A stretch of 57,865 bases of DNA from Desulfocapsa sulfexigens (GCA_015662865.1 DQTH01000232.1:1-57865), one strand, 5' to 3'. Positions 1-9,736 are shown, counted from the stretch's first letter. Notes: generated by a model from the sequence alone, not told the origin. Translations and numbers: made by a program.

Positions 1-42
1 ACTCTTGCTCGCGGGTGAACCAGCCTTCTCATTATACCTTAC

Positions 43-64
43 CTCTCGCCTCCGCGGGAATGAC
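43..64. repeat. Degenerate REP-like palindrome (…CGCCTCCGCGGGAATGAC)
   Basis: Right arm GCGGGAATGAC matches the copies at 27226-27237 and 50368-50378; left arm degenerate. Confidence 0.5.
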
Positions 65-230
65 AAACAAAATGGCTGAGTTTTGTACGTAATCAGAATT
101 TTTTTTGATCAGGTGCAAAATTCAGTCAGATTTACATGCTGTATGGATAACCAATTGATTAAACGAGAATTTTACAAATATATGGGATGTCAACAGCGTA
201 GGTTGGGATTCAATTTCGTACCAGAAGATC

Positions 231-256
231 TGGATTCCCACCTGCACGGGAATTAC
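231..256. repeat. REP-like palindrome ATTCCC-N8-GGGAAT
   Basis: TGGATTCCCACCTGCACGGGAATTAC; its reverse complement nearly matches GTCATTCCCACGCAGGCGGGAATCCA at 27169-27194. Confidence 0.75.
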
Positions 257-365
257 TGATAAAAATGGATGAGCTTTATAGGTAATCATGTTTTTTTGAT
301 TGTAATACAATATGATGCCGTGTAATTGTGATAATTATTCCCTAAAATTTACTCAAGGAGGAACT

Positions 366-1199
366 ATGAAGACACTGAATAGAAATATGCTGGCCATTGG
401 TCTGATACTTGTGTTGACAGTGGCAGCTCTGCCGGCACTGGCAGGAAAATTACAGAATCAGCTGGTGGCAGAATCAACGATAGATCAGGTCGTTCGTCGT
501 GGAGTTTTGCGGGTGGGGATGGATACCTTTCTTCCCTGGGCAATGAAGGATAAAAAGGGCGAACTGGTTGGCTTTGAAATTGACGTGGCGAGAAGACTTG
601 CGGCAGATATGGGCGTGAAAGTGGAGTTTGTTCCCACTAAGTGGGCCGGGATCATTCCTGCACTGCTCACCGGTAAGTTTGATGTGGTCATTGGCGGCAT
701 GGGAATCCAGACCAAACGGGCTCTGAAGGTCAATTTTACCATTCCTTACGACTATTCAGGCATGGCCATTGTGGCCCACAAGAAACAAGCTGCCGGATTC
801 AGCACTCTTGATGATTTCAACAAGGCTGATGTGGAGATCGCCTGTAAACTTGGAACCACTGCGGTAACAGCTGTTAAAAAGTATATTCCCAAGGCTAAAT
901 TAAGACTCTTTGACGATGAGGCTCAGGCTTATCAGGAACTGCGAAACGGCAATGTTCATGCCGTGGTAGGATCCTCTCCACGCCCGGCATATGAAGCTAT
1001 AAAATATCCTGAGACAATGTTTCTGCCTCTTAAGTCCAATTTTACGAAAGAACCCATTGGGTTTGCCGTACGCAAAGGAGACTTTGATAGCCTGTCATTT
1101 TTCAACAACTGGATCACCATTGTCAGTCATGAAGGCTGGCTGGAAGAGCGCCATCAGTACTGGTTTGGTTCAAAGGAATGGGCTCACTTGGTTGAATAA
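366..1199 (+). CDS. Polar amino-acid ABC transporter substrate-binding protein (family 3)
   Basis: Signal peptide, GFEIDVA, WAGIIPALLTGKFDVVIGGM, EPIGFAVRKGD; AAGGAGG RBS before ATG 366 (ORF track starts at 312). Confidence 0.92.
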   Translation: MKTLNRNMLAIGLILVLTVAALPALAGKLQNQLVAESTIDQVVRRGVLRVGMDTFLPWAMKDKKGELVGFEIDVARRLAADMGVKVEFVPTKWAGIIPALLTGKFDVVIGGMGIQTKRALKVNFTIPYDYSGMAIVAHKKQAAGFSTLDDFNKADVEIACKLGTTAVTAVKKYIPKAKLRLFDDEAQAYQELRNGNVHAVVGSSPRPAYEAIKYPETMFLPLKSNFTKEPIGFAVRKGDFDSLSFFNNWITIVSHEGWLEERHQYWFGSKEWAHLVE

Positions 1200-1202
1200 A
1201 AC

Positions 1203-2093
1203 ATGACCGGTGTCTATCTGATCAGAAAGAGGAGCATGGTTCTCGATTTAATCGTGACCGCTGCTCTTCTTTTGTTTTTAGGCTACACCACCTATCGGGT
1301 GAGTGTGGGACTTCATTACCACTGGGACTGGGGGATAATTCCCAACTACCTGATTCGCTGGGATGAAGAGAAAGGGCGCTGGGTTACCAATATTCTCCTT
1401 CATGGTTTCTTCACCACCATCCGTCTCAGTGTCTGGTCCATTCTTCTTGCCACCGTGATCGGGGTGGTCATGGGAATTTTGCGGACACGGGAGCGACTTT
1501 TATTCCGCTTGATAGGCCGAACGTATGTGGAGCTGATCCGTAATATTCCGCCGCTGGTTCTGGTTTTTATCTTCTATTTTTTTGTATCTGATCAGTTCAT
1601 GCAGATGCTTGGAGTGGAGGAGTTTATTCGCAGCAGATCAGATTCGGCTACCTGGTGGCTCACTGTTTTTGTTTCACCGCCAGAGCTGTTTACCGCATTT
1701 GTCTCAGGCGTTTTCACCATCGCTCTGTTTCAGGGAGCGTATATTACCGAGATCATCCGGGCGGGTATTGAGTCCATCGATAGAGAACAGTGGGAAGCTT
1801 CAGCAGCCCTTGGCCTGACCTGGTTGCAGCAGATGCGTTTTATTATTCTTCCTCAGGCCACCAGACGCGTGCTGCCGCCTCTGGTCAACGAGGTGATCAA
1901 CACCATTAAATACTCTTCCATCGTTTCCATCATTTCCATCCAGGAACTGACCTTTCAGGGAATGCAGATCATGTCATCAACCCAGCGGACAATAGAGGTG
2001 TGGCTGACCATCTCGCTCATGTATCTGCTTCTCTGCTTTTCCGTATCAGTTCTTGCCCGCCGCCTTGAGATATCCATGGCTGAGCCACGCTGA
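1203..2093 (+). CDS. Polar amino-acid ABC transporter permease (HisM/GlnP type)
   Basis: YVELIRNIPPLV, EIIRAGIESIDREQWEASAALG (EAA loop), TM segments. Confidence 0.92.
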   Translation: MTGVYLIRKRSMVLDLIVTAALLLFLGYTTYRVSVGLHYHWDWGIIPNYLIRWDEEKGRWVTNILLHGFFTTIRLSVWSILLATVIGVVMGILRTRERLLFRLIGRTYVELIRNIPPLVLVFIFYFFVSDQFMQMLGVEEFIRSRSDSATWWLTVFVSPPELFTAFVSGVFTIALFQGAYITEIIRAGIESIDREQWEASAALGLTWLQQMRFIILPQATRRVLPPLVNEVINTIKYSSIVSIISIQELTFQGMQIMSSTQRTIEVWLTISLMYLLLCFSVSVLARRLEISMAEPR

Positions 2094-2235
2094 TGGATTC
2101 GTAAAAATTCTTCACCTGCTTCGTTGCTACAGATCATGAATGATTTCAACGTACTTTTGTACGCCGAAATCATTCATAACTTGCGCGCCTCGCATCTGAA
2201 GTTTTTCGAAGTCTACGCTTATCTACGAATCCATC
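2092..2235. mobile_element. MITE copy 1 (cargo type A hairpin)
   Basis: TIRs GATGGATTCGTA…TACGAATCCATC; internal hairpin 2136-2177; similar to 6193-6335 and 37359-37520. Confidence 0.8.
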
Positions 2236-2258
2236 TAAAAAAATGGTTTACAGGATGC

Positions 2259-2990
2259 TTACAGAATCTGATTTAAAAACAGTTTAGTCCGCTCGTGGGA
2301 AGGATTGGTAAAAAAGTGTTCTGGAGGACCGACCTCAACAATACGGCCTGAGTCCATGAATATTACGCGATCAGCAACTTCCCGGGCAAAGCCCATTTCA
2401 TGGGTGACGACAACCATGGTCATACCTTCTTTAGCCAGGGTTTTCATAACATCAAGAACCTCACCGATCATTTCAGGGTCAAGGGCCGAAGTTGGCTCGT
2501 CAAATAGCATAATCTTGGGATCCATGGCAAGCGCTCTTGCAATGGCCACACGCTGCTGTTGACCACCGGAAAGCTGGGCAGGAAAAACTTTGGCTTTGTC
2601 CTGGATACCGACTTTGGTAAGCAGGGTGGCAGCACGTTCTTTTGCTTCAGAAAGAGAGCGTTTGCGGACAACACGCTGGGCAAGAATGATATTATCCTCC
2701 ACGGTTTTGTGGGGGAACAGGTTGAATGACTGGAACACCATGCCCACTTCCGCCCGAATATGATCTATATTGGTCTTCGGATCAAGGATATCCACTCCGT
2801 CAATAAGAACCTGTCCGGCATCCGCCGATTCCAAGTGATTTAAACATCTCAGGAATGTGGATTTACCGGAGCCGGACGGCCCGATAACCACAACCACTTC
2901 TCCACTGTCGATATGGGCTGTAACGTCAGTCAATGCTTGTATTTTGTGGGGTGCGTAGAATATCTTGTCTACATTTTTTACATCAATCAT
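2259..2990 (-). CDS. Polar amino-acid ABC transporter ATP-binding protein (GlnQ type)
   Basis: Walker [35 protein letters not shown]. Confidence 0.95.
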   Translation of the reverse strand: MIDVKNVDKIFYAPHKIQALTDVTAHIDSGEVVVVIGPSGSGKSTFLRCLNHLESADAGQVLIDGVDILDPKTNIDHIRAEVGMVFQSFNLFPHKTVEDNIILAQRVVRKRSLSEAKERAATLLTKVGIQDKAKVFPAQLSGGQQQRVAIARALAMDPKIMLFDEPTSALDPEMIGEVLDVMKTLAKEGMTMVVVTHEMGFAREVADRVIFMDSGRIVEVGPPEHFFTNPSHERTKLFLNQIL

Positions 2991-3982
2991 GTGGTTCCCA
3001 TCCTCCTTTCAAGGTATTGGACAAACAGGGACAGGGTGAAGGTTATTATCAGATAGAGAGCGGCACAGGTGAAAAACAGCTCAAAGGAGGCAAAGCTTGT
3101 GGTGACAGCTTCCCGTGTCGCCTTGGTCAGTTCTCTGACAGCAATAATACCAAGGAGTGATGAATCTTTAATCAGGCTGATAAACTGGCCGGCCAGGGGA
3201 GGCAGTATGCGTCGCATGGCCTGTGGCATGATGATGTAGCGTAGCGATTGAAAATGTGTCATACCAAGTGATCTGGCGGCTTCGGTCTGTCCAAGGTTAA
3301 TTGACTGGATACCGGAACGGACAATTTCTGTTACATAGGCACCGGTAAATATGGCAAGAGCAATGACACCATACCAGAGGGCAGGTATTTCAAAACCGGC
3401 ATACTGCCGAACAAGCTGATTGACCAGGGTGGAGCCAATGTAATACCAGATAAAAATCTGCACAAGCAAAGGGGTACCGCGGATGAGTTCCACATAGGTA
3501 TAGGCAAGCCATCTGGCTGCAGGATTTGCCGAAATTCTGGCAATTCCTCCCCATATTCCAACTAATATGCCAATTACAATGGCATAAAGACTGACCTTGA
3601 TGGTCATCATCATACCAAGCATCAGGAGACCGGGACGCCACTCCTTATAGTTGCCAAGAGTATCACCCGGGAAAATCATGTCAGTTTCGCTGACCAGGAT
3701 TTCTCCTTCAGGGATTTCATAGCTTTCGCTGGTCCCGTCATCTCCTTTGACAACTATTCTGGTGGTCGTGCCTTCAGTTTCAATTGCTGAAACTGTGCCT
3801 TCCAGCTCAGATTGTATCAAGATGGTTTCATGGGCGACAAAATAGGACGGTACCACCGACCAGCGCCAGGAATAGGTGATTTGCGAAGTCGCCAGTACAA
3901 AACCGCCAATGAGGGTAAAGATAATTACAAAGTAGGCGATGGACCAGAAACGAATCTGTTTTTGAGTCAGTTGTTCTTCCAC
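2987..3982 (-). CDS. Polar amino-acid ABC transporter permease with periplasmic insertion
   Basis: [35 protein letters not shown]; 4-bp overlap with ATPase gene. Confidence 0.92.
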   Translation of the reverse strand: MEEQLTQKQIRFWSIAYFVIIFTLIGGFVLATSQITYSWRWSVVPSYFVAHETILIQSELEGTVSAIETEGTTTRIVVKGDDGTSESYEIPEGEILVSETDMIFPGDTLGNYKEWRPGLLMLGMMMTIKVSLYAIVIGILVGIWGGIARISANPAARWLAYTYVELIRGTPLLVQIFIWYYIGSTLVNQLVRQYAGFEIPALWYGVIALAIFTGAYVTEIVRSGIQSINLGQTEAARSLGMTHFQSLRYIIMPQAMRRILPPLAGQFISLIKDSSLLGIIAVRELTKATREAVTTSFASFELFFTCAALYLIITFTLSLFVQYLERRMGTT

Positions 3983-4011
3983 TGGAATATTATCTGAAAA
4001 GTTAAGGGGAT

Positions 4012-4058
4012 AAAATAAAATAAGCCGATGATGCCATTGCTGACGTCATCGGCTTATT
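4012..4058 (-). terminator. Hairpin/partial terminator between binding-protein and permease genes
   Basis: 13-bp stem AATAAGCCGATGA / TCATCGGCTTATT followed by T-rich tract on the minus strand. Confidence 0.7.
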
Positions 4059-4075
4059 CTTACCGGAATGGGTTG

Positions 4076-4906
4076 TTATTCAACCAGTTTCAACCAGTCT
4101 GAACCACGCATCCATTTGTTGTACATTTTGTCATAGCGACCGTCATGTTTGATCTGGCGAAGGAAATTGTTCAGCCAGTTAAGGAAGTCGGGATCACCTT
4201 TACGAATGGCAAATGCCAGAGGCTCAAAGGTAAAAGGCTCGTCAAGAAAAACTGTATTAGCATTGGCTCCCTGGCGGGCCTGGAAGGCTGCACAGGTTGG
4301 AAGATCGTAGATGAACGCATCGGCACGGCCACTGGCTACTTCAAGGGCTGCTTCGGTTGCATCTTCGAAAGATTTATATTTAGCTTTTGGCATCAGGCGT
4401 TTAACTGCCATTTCACCGGTGGTTCCGAGTTTGGAAGTGATGGTGTATTTAGGATCATTCAGATCCTTGTAGGATTTTACACTATCTTTGTGTTTGCCGT
4501 TTAAGATAACGGTCTGACCGACGATGATGTAGGGATCGGCAAAATTAACTTTCAGGTTTCGCTCCTGAGTGATGGTCATGCCGGCAACGATGATGTCCAG
4601 TTTTTCGGTTACCAGGGCAGGAATGATACCGTCCCATGCAGTGTTGACAGGTACAAATTTTACGCCCATGGCTTTGGCCATCATTTTGGCGAGATCGATA
4701 TCAAATCCAACGAAGTTTCCTTTCTTATCAGACATTTCAAAGGGTACATAGCCCACATCAAATCCAATTCGGATTTCGCCTCTTTTAAGAATCTGCTCAA
4801 GGGTTGAGCTTTTGGCTAGATCGATATTGCTTGCCTGGGAAGTGGACAGCAGTCCTGCGCAAAGTATTGCTGTGCTCAACAGTACAGCCAGTAAACCTTT
4901 TTTCAT
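4076..4906 (-). CDS. Polar amino-acid ABC transporter substrate-binding protein
   Basis: Signal peptide, GFDIDLAK, WDGIIPAL, EPLAFAIRKGD; paralog of 366-1199. Confidence 0.92.
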   Translation of the reverse strand: MKKGLLAVLLSTAILCAGLLSTSQASNIDLAKSSTLEQILKRGEIRIGFDVGYVPFEMSDKKGNFVGFDIDLAKMMAKAMGVKFVPVNTAWDGIIPALVTEKLDIIVAGMTITQERNLKVNFADPYIIVGQTVILNGKHKDSVKSYKDLNDPKYTITSKLGTTGEMAVKRLMPKAKYKSFEDATEAALEVASGRADAFIYDLPTCAAFQARQGANANTVFLDEPFTFEPLAFAIRKGDPDFLNWLNNFLRQIKHDGRYDKMYNKWMRGSDWLKLVE

Positions 4907-5159
4907 CTGAATATTCTCCTGAAATAATGATAATAATCCGGCAACGGTTATCGTGCCGGCCCACTTGTTAATTAGACTCTTTTTGTAGCAGAGATCAATA
5001 TGGATAGCAACCTTGTTTGTGCTGCAAAAGCCAAGTTGTACTTATTATCTGTTTATCGACCCTGACGCGAGCTGAGGAAAAACGCTAAAAGTTGTATTCC
5101 TTCACCATACCTGCTACATTCTGCTCGAATTGATCCATTTTTAAAACAATAGCAAAAAT

Positions 5160-6194
5160 ATGTTCTACTCAAAAGTTTGTCTCCACACCTTCGGCTATGA
5201 ATTGCCTCCGCATGTTCTCAGTTCCGATGCCATTGAAAAACGGCTTGCACTCCTGTATGAACGCCTGAAACTCCCGGCTGGCAGACTGGAATTAATGAGC
5301 GGCATTCGGGAAAGGCGGCTGTGGGAGCCAGGAACCAAGCCAAGTCAGGGAGCCGCGCGGGCCGGGAAAGCAGTACTCGAGAAGGCGGATTTTGATCCAG
5401 CAGCCATTGAATGTCTTATTTTCACTTCGGTTTCAAGGGATATGATGGAACCGGCCACAGCCTCTTTTGTCCATAACCAGCTTGGCTTATCAGAAGACTG
5501 TCTGCTTTATGATCTCTCCAATGCTTGTCTTGGATTTCTTGATGGCATGGTCATGCTGGCCAACATGATTGAGCTGGGGCAGGTGGAAAACGGATTGATT
5601 GTGGCAGGCGAAACAGCGGAAGAGCTCGTGGAATCAACTATTCAGGCTCTTTTAAATGATGAGACATTGACCAGAAAAAAGATCAAACCAGCCTTTGCGT
5701 CCCTTACCATCGGTTCCGGATCCGTTGCGCTTTATATGTGCAATCGTAAGCCTGATATGGATAAACCGCGTCTTATCCACGGTGCCTGGAAGGCCAATAC
5801 CAGACATTCCGACCTCTGTCAGGGAGCACAAAGCGGTGGTACAACTACTCTTATGAACACCAATTCTGAAGAATTGCTGATAAGAGGCGTGGAAACAGCA
5901 CATCAAACCTGGCAGAAATTTTCTTCTATTCCCGGTTGGAACGGGAATGATATTGATCGTTTTTTCTGTCACCAGGTGGGCACTGCCCATGCACGACTTC
6001 TTTTTGATACCCTTGGTCTCGATCAGGAAAAAAACTTTGAGACTCTGCAGATTCTTGGCAATGTGGGTTCAGTTTCTGCGCCGATCACCATGGCCATGGC
6101 CATTGAACAGGACTGTTTTCAAAAAGGTGAAAAAGCTGCCATGCTGGGAATTGGAAGCGGGATTAATTGTCTGATGCTGGGTGTGGAATGGTGA
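5160..6194 (+). CDS. oleA: OleA-like 3-oxoacyl-ACP synthase III family thiolase
   Basis: EPATAS, SNACLGFLDG (catalytic Cys), HQVG, GNVGSVS, LGIGSGINC as in OleA-type FabH homologues. Confidence 0.75.
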   Translation: MFYSKVCLHTFGYELPPHVLSSDAIEKRLALLYERLKLPAGRLELMSGIRERRLWEPGTKPSQGAARAGKAVLEKADFDPAAIECLIFTSVSRDMMEPATASFVHNQLGLSEDCLLYDLSNACLGFLDGMVMLANMIELGQVENGLIVAGETAEELVESTIQALLNDETLTRKKIKPAFASLTIGSGSVALYMCNRKPDMDKPRLIHGAWKANTRHSDLCQGAQSGGTTTLMNTNSEELLIRGVETAHQTWQKFSSIPGWNGNDIDRFFCHQVGTAHARLLFDTLGLDQEKNFETLQILGNVGSVSAPITMAMAIEQDCFQKGEKAAMLGIGSGINCLMLGVEW

Positions 6195-6335
6195 TGGATT
6201 TGTAAAAACTCTTCATCTTCTTCGTTGCTACAAAAATTATATCATTTCAACGTACCCTAGTACGCCGAAATGATCCGATTTTTGCACTCAAGGGCATAAA
6301 CGCGCCTCGAATATGGCGTTTTTTACGAGTCCATT
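6193..6335. mobile_element. MITE copy 2 (cargo type A)
   Basis: GATGGATTTGTAAAAA…TTTTTACGAGTCCATT; flanks AATGGT/AATTTT (degenerate 6-bp duplication). Confidence 0.8.
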
Positions 6336-6399
6336 AATTTTTAAACCACCAATAAACTTCCGGATGAGAAGTGTTATAGTAAGATTTCGTTATTTAAAA

Positions 6400-6443
6400 C
6401 TTTGGTCATTCTAATTTGTTTCGAATTTCGAGATTAGGATTTT
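6400..6443. repeat. AT-rich ~7-bp-period repeat relic (TTGTTTCGAATTTCGAGATTAGGATTT)
   Basis: Similar tract in reverse orientation at 33524-33556. Confidence 0.5.
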
Positions 6444-6499
6444 ATTAAGTATAGAAAGTAGAGCATATACATGCAATTTGGAAAATTTTTGAGATTGAG

Positions 6500-7069
6500 A
6501 TGGAAAAGGTATTAACAGAAGAGCAGGGTAAAACCTTACTGGCACTTGCCAGGGAGACCATCAGCGAAAAACTGGGTGGAGAAAGCCAGGCTGCAATACC
6601 TGAAGATCCTGCATTTGATGCCAGATACGGCACATTTGTTACCCTGAAAATTATTGGTGCCCTGCGAGGCTGCATCGGCAACCTTACTCCTGCAGGATCA
6701 GTTGCAGAAGGAGTCCGGCGCAATGCCATTAATGCTGCCTTTAATGATCCCAGGTTTTCTCCCCTCACTGCCGGGGAACTGGCAAATATGGAGATTGATA
6801 TTTCAGTGCTCAGCCAGCCGCAAATACTTGCATACAAAGATGGAGAAGATCTTATTTCCAGACTGCGCCCTGGAGTAGATGGGGTTATCTTGTCACTGGG
6901 CCGTGCGGGAGCAACTTTTTTGCCGCAGGTCTGGGAACAGTTACCCATTCCTGAACAGTTTTTGGGTCATCTTTGTAACAAGGCAGGGCTTTCTGAGACG
7001 GCGTGGTGTGATTCATATCCGAAGATAGAGATATATCAGGTGCAATGTTTTGAAGAGGAAAAAGCATGA
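6500..7069 (+). CDS. amrA: AmmeMemoRadiSam system protein A (AMMECR1 domain)
   Basis: GTFVTL, LRGCIG, AAFNDPRF, ATFLPQVWEQLP, LCNKAGL. Confidence 0.92.
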   Translation: MEKVLTEEQGKTLLALARETISEKLGGESQAAIPEDPAFDARYGTFVTLKIIGALRGCIGNLTPAGSVAEGVRRNAINAAFNDPRFSPLTAGELANMEIDISVLSQPQILAYKDGEDLISRLRPGVDGVILSLGRAGATFLPQVWEQLPIPEQFLGHLCNKAGLSETAWCDSYPKIEIYQVQCFEEEKA

Positions 7070-7713
7070 AAGAGGTGGTGCTCAGCAAAGAGCTCATAGG
7101 AGAAATAGGCCGGATTTATAAAGAAATGGAATCCGGTTATGACGAAGTTGCCAGGGCTCTGAAATTCAGTTGTGATGGGTGCCCTGACAACTGCTGTGAT
7201 TCCTATTTTCTTCATCACACCTATACAGAGTGGGCATATCTCTGGGAGGGTGTGCGGGAACTTGCAGAAGAAAAACAGCTGGAACTCATTGAACGTGCCA
7301 GACAATATATTCTTGAATGCGCGCAGGCAGAAGCGCGGGATGAACGACCCCAGATTATGTGCCCGTTGAATGAACAAGGTCGCTGCCTCCTCTATACCCA
7401 CAGGCTTATGGTGTGCAGAACCCACGGTGTACCCGCTTCCATGCGAAGACCTGACGGGCAGACACTGAACTTCCCCGGCTGTTTTCGTTGTCAGAAAATT
7501 GTGAAAAAGAAGTTTGTCCACGATTCTCAGGCACCGCATGTGGAGCGCACCCCTCTTTTGCAGCGTCTCGTGGCAGTTGAACGAGAACTCATGGGTGAGA
7601 AAATCCATCTCTATCCACGGGTGAAACTTACCATTGCTCAGATGCTGGTCAAAGGGCCACCTGCCATTCCAACACCTCATTGTGAGAGATCGGACAGCAA
7701 ATCCAATGTATAA
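7066..7713 (+). CDS. Cysteine-cluster protein (YkgJ/UPF0153 CxxCxxCC-like)
   Basis: CDGCPDNCC … CPLNEQGRCLLYTHRLMVCRTHG. Confidence 0.75.
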   Translation: MKEVVLSKELIGEIGRIYKEMESGYDEVARALKFSCDGCPDNCCDSYFLHHTYTEWAYLWEGVRELAEEKQLELIERARQYILECAQAEARDERPQIMCPLNEQGRCLLYTHRLMVCRTHGVPASMRRPDGQTLNFPGCFRCQKIVKKKFVHDSQAPHVERTPLLQRLVAVERELMGEKIHLYPRVKLTIAQMLVKGPPAIPTPHCERSDSKSNV

Positions 7714-8203
7714 TCCCGGAGAAGAAATCGTCCAGATTGTTGATCGCGACAATCGTGAAATAGAGGCACTGTCCAGATATGTCATGCGGGAGCGTGGTCT
7801 TATTCACCGTGCCTGCTACATCTTTGTTTTCAATGATGCCGGAGAACTCTTTCTGCAAAAACGGACAGCTACCAAGGACGTTTATCCTTCATGCTGGGAT
7901 GTTGCCGCAGGGGGTGTTGTGCTTGCAGGGGAATCTTACGAAGAATCTGCCATACGTGAGCTTGCCGAGGAACTGGGAGTTGAAGGTGTATCCATCACCC
8001 ATCATTTCGATCAATATTTCGAGAAAGACACTAACCGGGTTTGGGGGCGAATTTTTTCCTGTATCCATAATGGTCCCTTTCTGCTGCAGAAAGAAGAAGT
8101 TGCCTGGGGCAGTTTCATGAGCGTTGCTGAGATTTTCAAGCTCAGTGAACAAGAAGATTTCACCCCTGACGGGATAGATATGCTGCATAAAGTTGCAGTT
8201 TAA
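7706..8203 (+). CDS. yfcD: Nudix hydrolase, YfcD-like
   Basis: Nudix box GGVVLAGESYEESAIRELAEELG, QKRTATKD, FTPDG; ATG at 7706 overlaps upstream stop. Confidence 0.85.
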   Translation: MYNPGEEIVQIVDRDNREIEALSRYVMRERGLIHRACYIFVFNDAGELFLQKRTATKDVYPSCWDVAAGGVVLAGESYEESAIRELAEELGVEGVSITHHFDQYFEKDTNRVWGRIFSCIHNGPFLLQKEEVAWGSFMSVAEIFKLSEQEDFTPDGIDMLHKVAV

Positions 8204-8208
8204 AAATA

Positions 8209-9642
8209 ATGAAAAAACGACAAATCAGACAGCGATCAATCAGAAGAAAAAAGCTTCGCATGGTCAGAAGATGCGGGGTGGTTTCAACTGCCTCATCCCA
8301 AAAAAGCATAACGGAACCTGTAAAATCCGTTCCCCTGATTGCTGCTGAAACCAGGGCACCTGAACATCGCAGACAAACCGCCGAGAAACCCGTATCCACA
8401 AAACAATCCACCGGTCGAAACAAAAAACCAAAGTGGAGTATGTCTCAATTTAAGGTTGTACCGGAAGAGGGAAAGTCCCGGTTTCACGACTTCAGGCTTC
8501 CAGCCGGTCTCATGCATGGAATCGCGGATCTTAACTTCAAGTACTGCACACCCATTCAGGAGAAATCTCTGCCGGATGTGATGGCTGGCAAGGATCTCAT
8601 TGGCAAAGCCAGCACCGGAACAGGAAAAAGTGCTGTGTTTTTAATTGGCATTTTTTCAAGATTGATCAGGGAAAAACAGCAGAAACGTATAAACGGAACA
8701 CCGCGAGCCCTCATCATTGCACCAACCAGAGAACTGGTGATCCAGATCGCCAAAGATGCCAGAGCAATAGGCAAATATCTGCCTCTGCGTGTGGCAGAAG
8801 CCTATGGAGGTACAGACTATGAACGCCAGCTGCGTGGCCTGCGTGACAGGCCTGTTGATATTCTGGTGGCAACTCCGGGCCGGCTTCTTGATTTTTCCCG
8901 CAAGCGGGTGGTGCAGTTGAACCAGGCAGGAATTATGGTGATTGATGAGGCTGACAGGATGCTCGATATGGGCTTTATCCCTGACGTTCGTTCAATTATC
9001 CACAAGACACCCAATAGAAATAAACGTCAGACCATGATGTTTTCAGCCACTCTCACTGAAGATGTCAGGCGTCTTGCATCTCAATGGTGTGTTGACCCTG
9101 TTTCAGTGGAGACTGAGGCCGAGCAGGTGGCAGTGGAAACAGTGACGCAGATCGTGTACATGACCACCAGAGATGAAAAATACCAGCTTCTCTATAATAT
9201 TATTAACAGCAAGGACTGTGACCGGGTAATTGTTTTTACCAATATGAAAAGGGATGGCAAAAGACTCAATGATCGTTTGCGCCGGGACGGCATAAACTGT
9301 ACTCTTCTCACCGGTGATGTCCCCCAGCAGAAGAGAACAGCACGTCTTGAGAATTTTCGTAGCGGCAAGATTAAAGTGATGGTTGCCACAGACGTTGCCG
9401 GCAGAGGAATTCACATCGATGGCATCAGCCATGTGGTGAATTACACTCTCCCCTATGAACCGGAAGACTACGTTCACCGCATCGGCCGCACAGGACGCGC
9501 CGGAGCTGCCGGTATTTCCATCAGCTTTGCGGATGAGGAAAGCTCGTTTTACCTCATGGATATTGAGGAATACATCGGAGAAGCTCTTCCCTGTGTGGTG
9601 CCGGGAGATGAGCTGTTGAAGGCTGTTCCAAAGAAGAAGTAG
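8209..9642 (+). CDS. rhlB: DEAD-box RNA helicase, RhlB-like
   Basis: TGTGKS, PTREL, TPGRLLD, DEAD, SAT, HRIGRTGRAG; N-terminal RFHDF motif. Confidence 0.85.
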   Translation: MKKRQIRQRSIRRKKLRMVRRCGVVSTASSQKSITEPVKSVPLIAAETRAPEHRRQTAEKPVSTKQSTGRNKKPKWSMSQFKVVPEEGKSRFHDFRLPAGLMHGIADLNFKYCTPIQEKSLPDVMAGKDLIGKASTGTGKSAVFLIGIFSRLIREKQQKRINGTPRALIIAPTRELVIQIAKDARAIGKYLPLRVAEAYGGTDYERQLRGLRDRPVDILVATPGRLLDFSRKRVVQLNQAGIMVIDEADRMLDMGFIPDVRSIIHKTPNRNKRQTMMFSATLTEDVRRLASQWCVDPVSVETEAEQVAVETVTQIVYMTTRDEKYQLLYNIINSKDCDRVIVFTNMKRDGKRLNDRLRRDGINCTLLTGDVPQQKRTARLENFRSGKIKVMVATDVAGRGIHIDGISHVVNYTLPYEPEDYVHRIGRTGRAGAAGISISFADEESSFYLMDIEEYIGEALPCVVPGDELLKAVPKKK

Positions 9643-9736
9643 CTTTTTGCAGGTTTATGGTCTTACTGGGATTTGTTTCGTATGCGTGCATGTATTGTAG
9701 CATTATATGTTTCGAAATCGGTAAGTTGCAAAAAAC

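Noticed and set aside
122-310. 62-aa ORF
   Set aside because: Reads through a REP-like repeat (VIPVQVGIQ is the translated palindrome); probably spurious
7036-7785. 249-aa antisense ORF and the many other shadow ORFs (e.g. 32087-32740, 43078-43740, 56038-56577)
   Set aside because: They lie opposite or within well-supported genes and show no recognisable motifs
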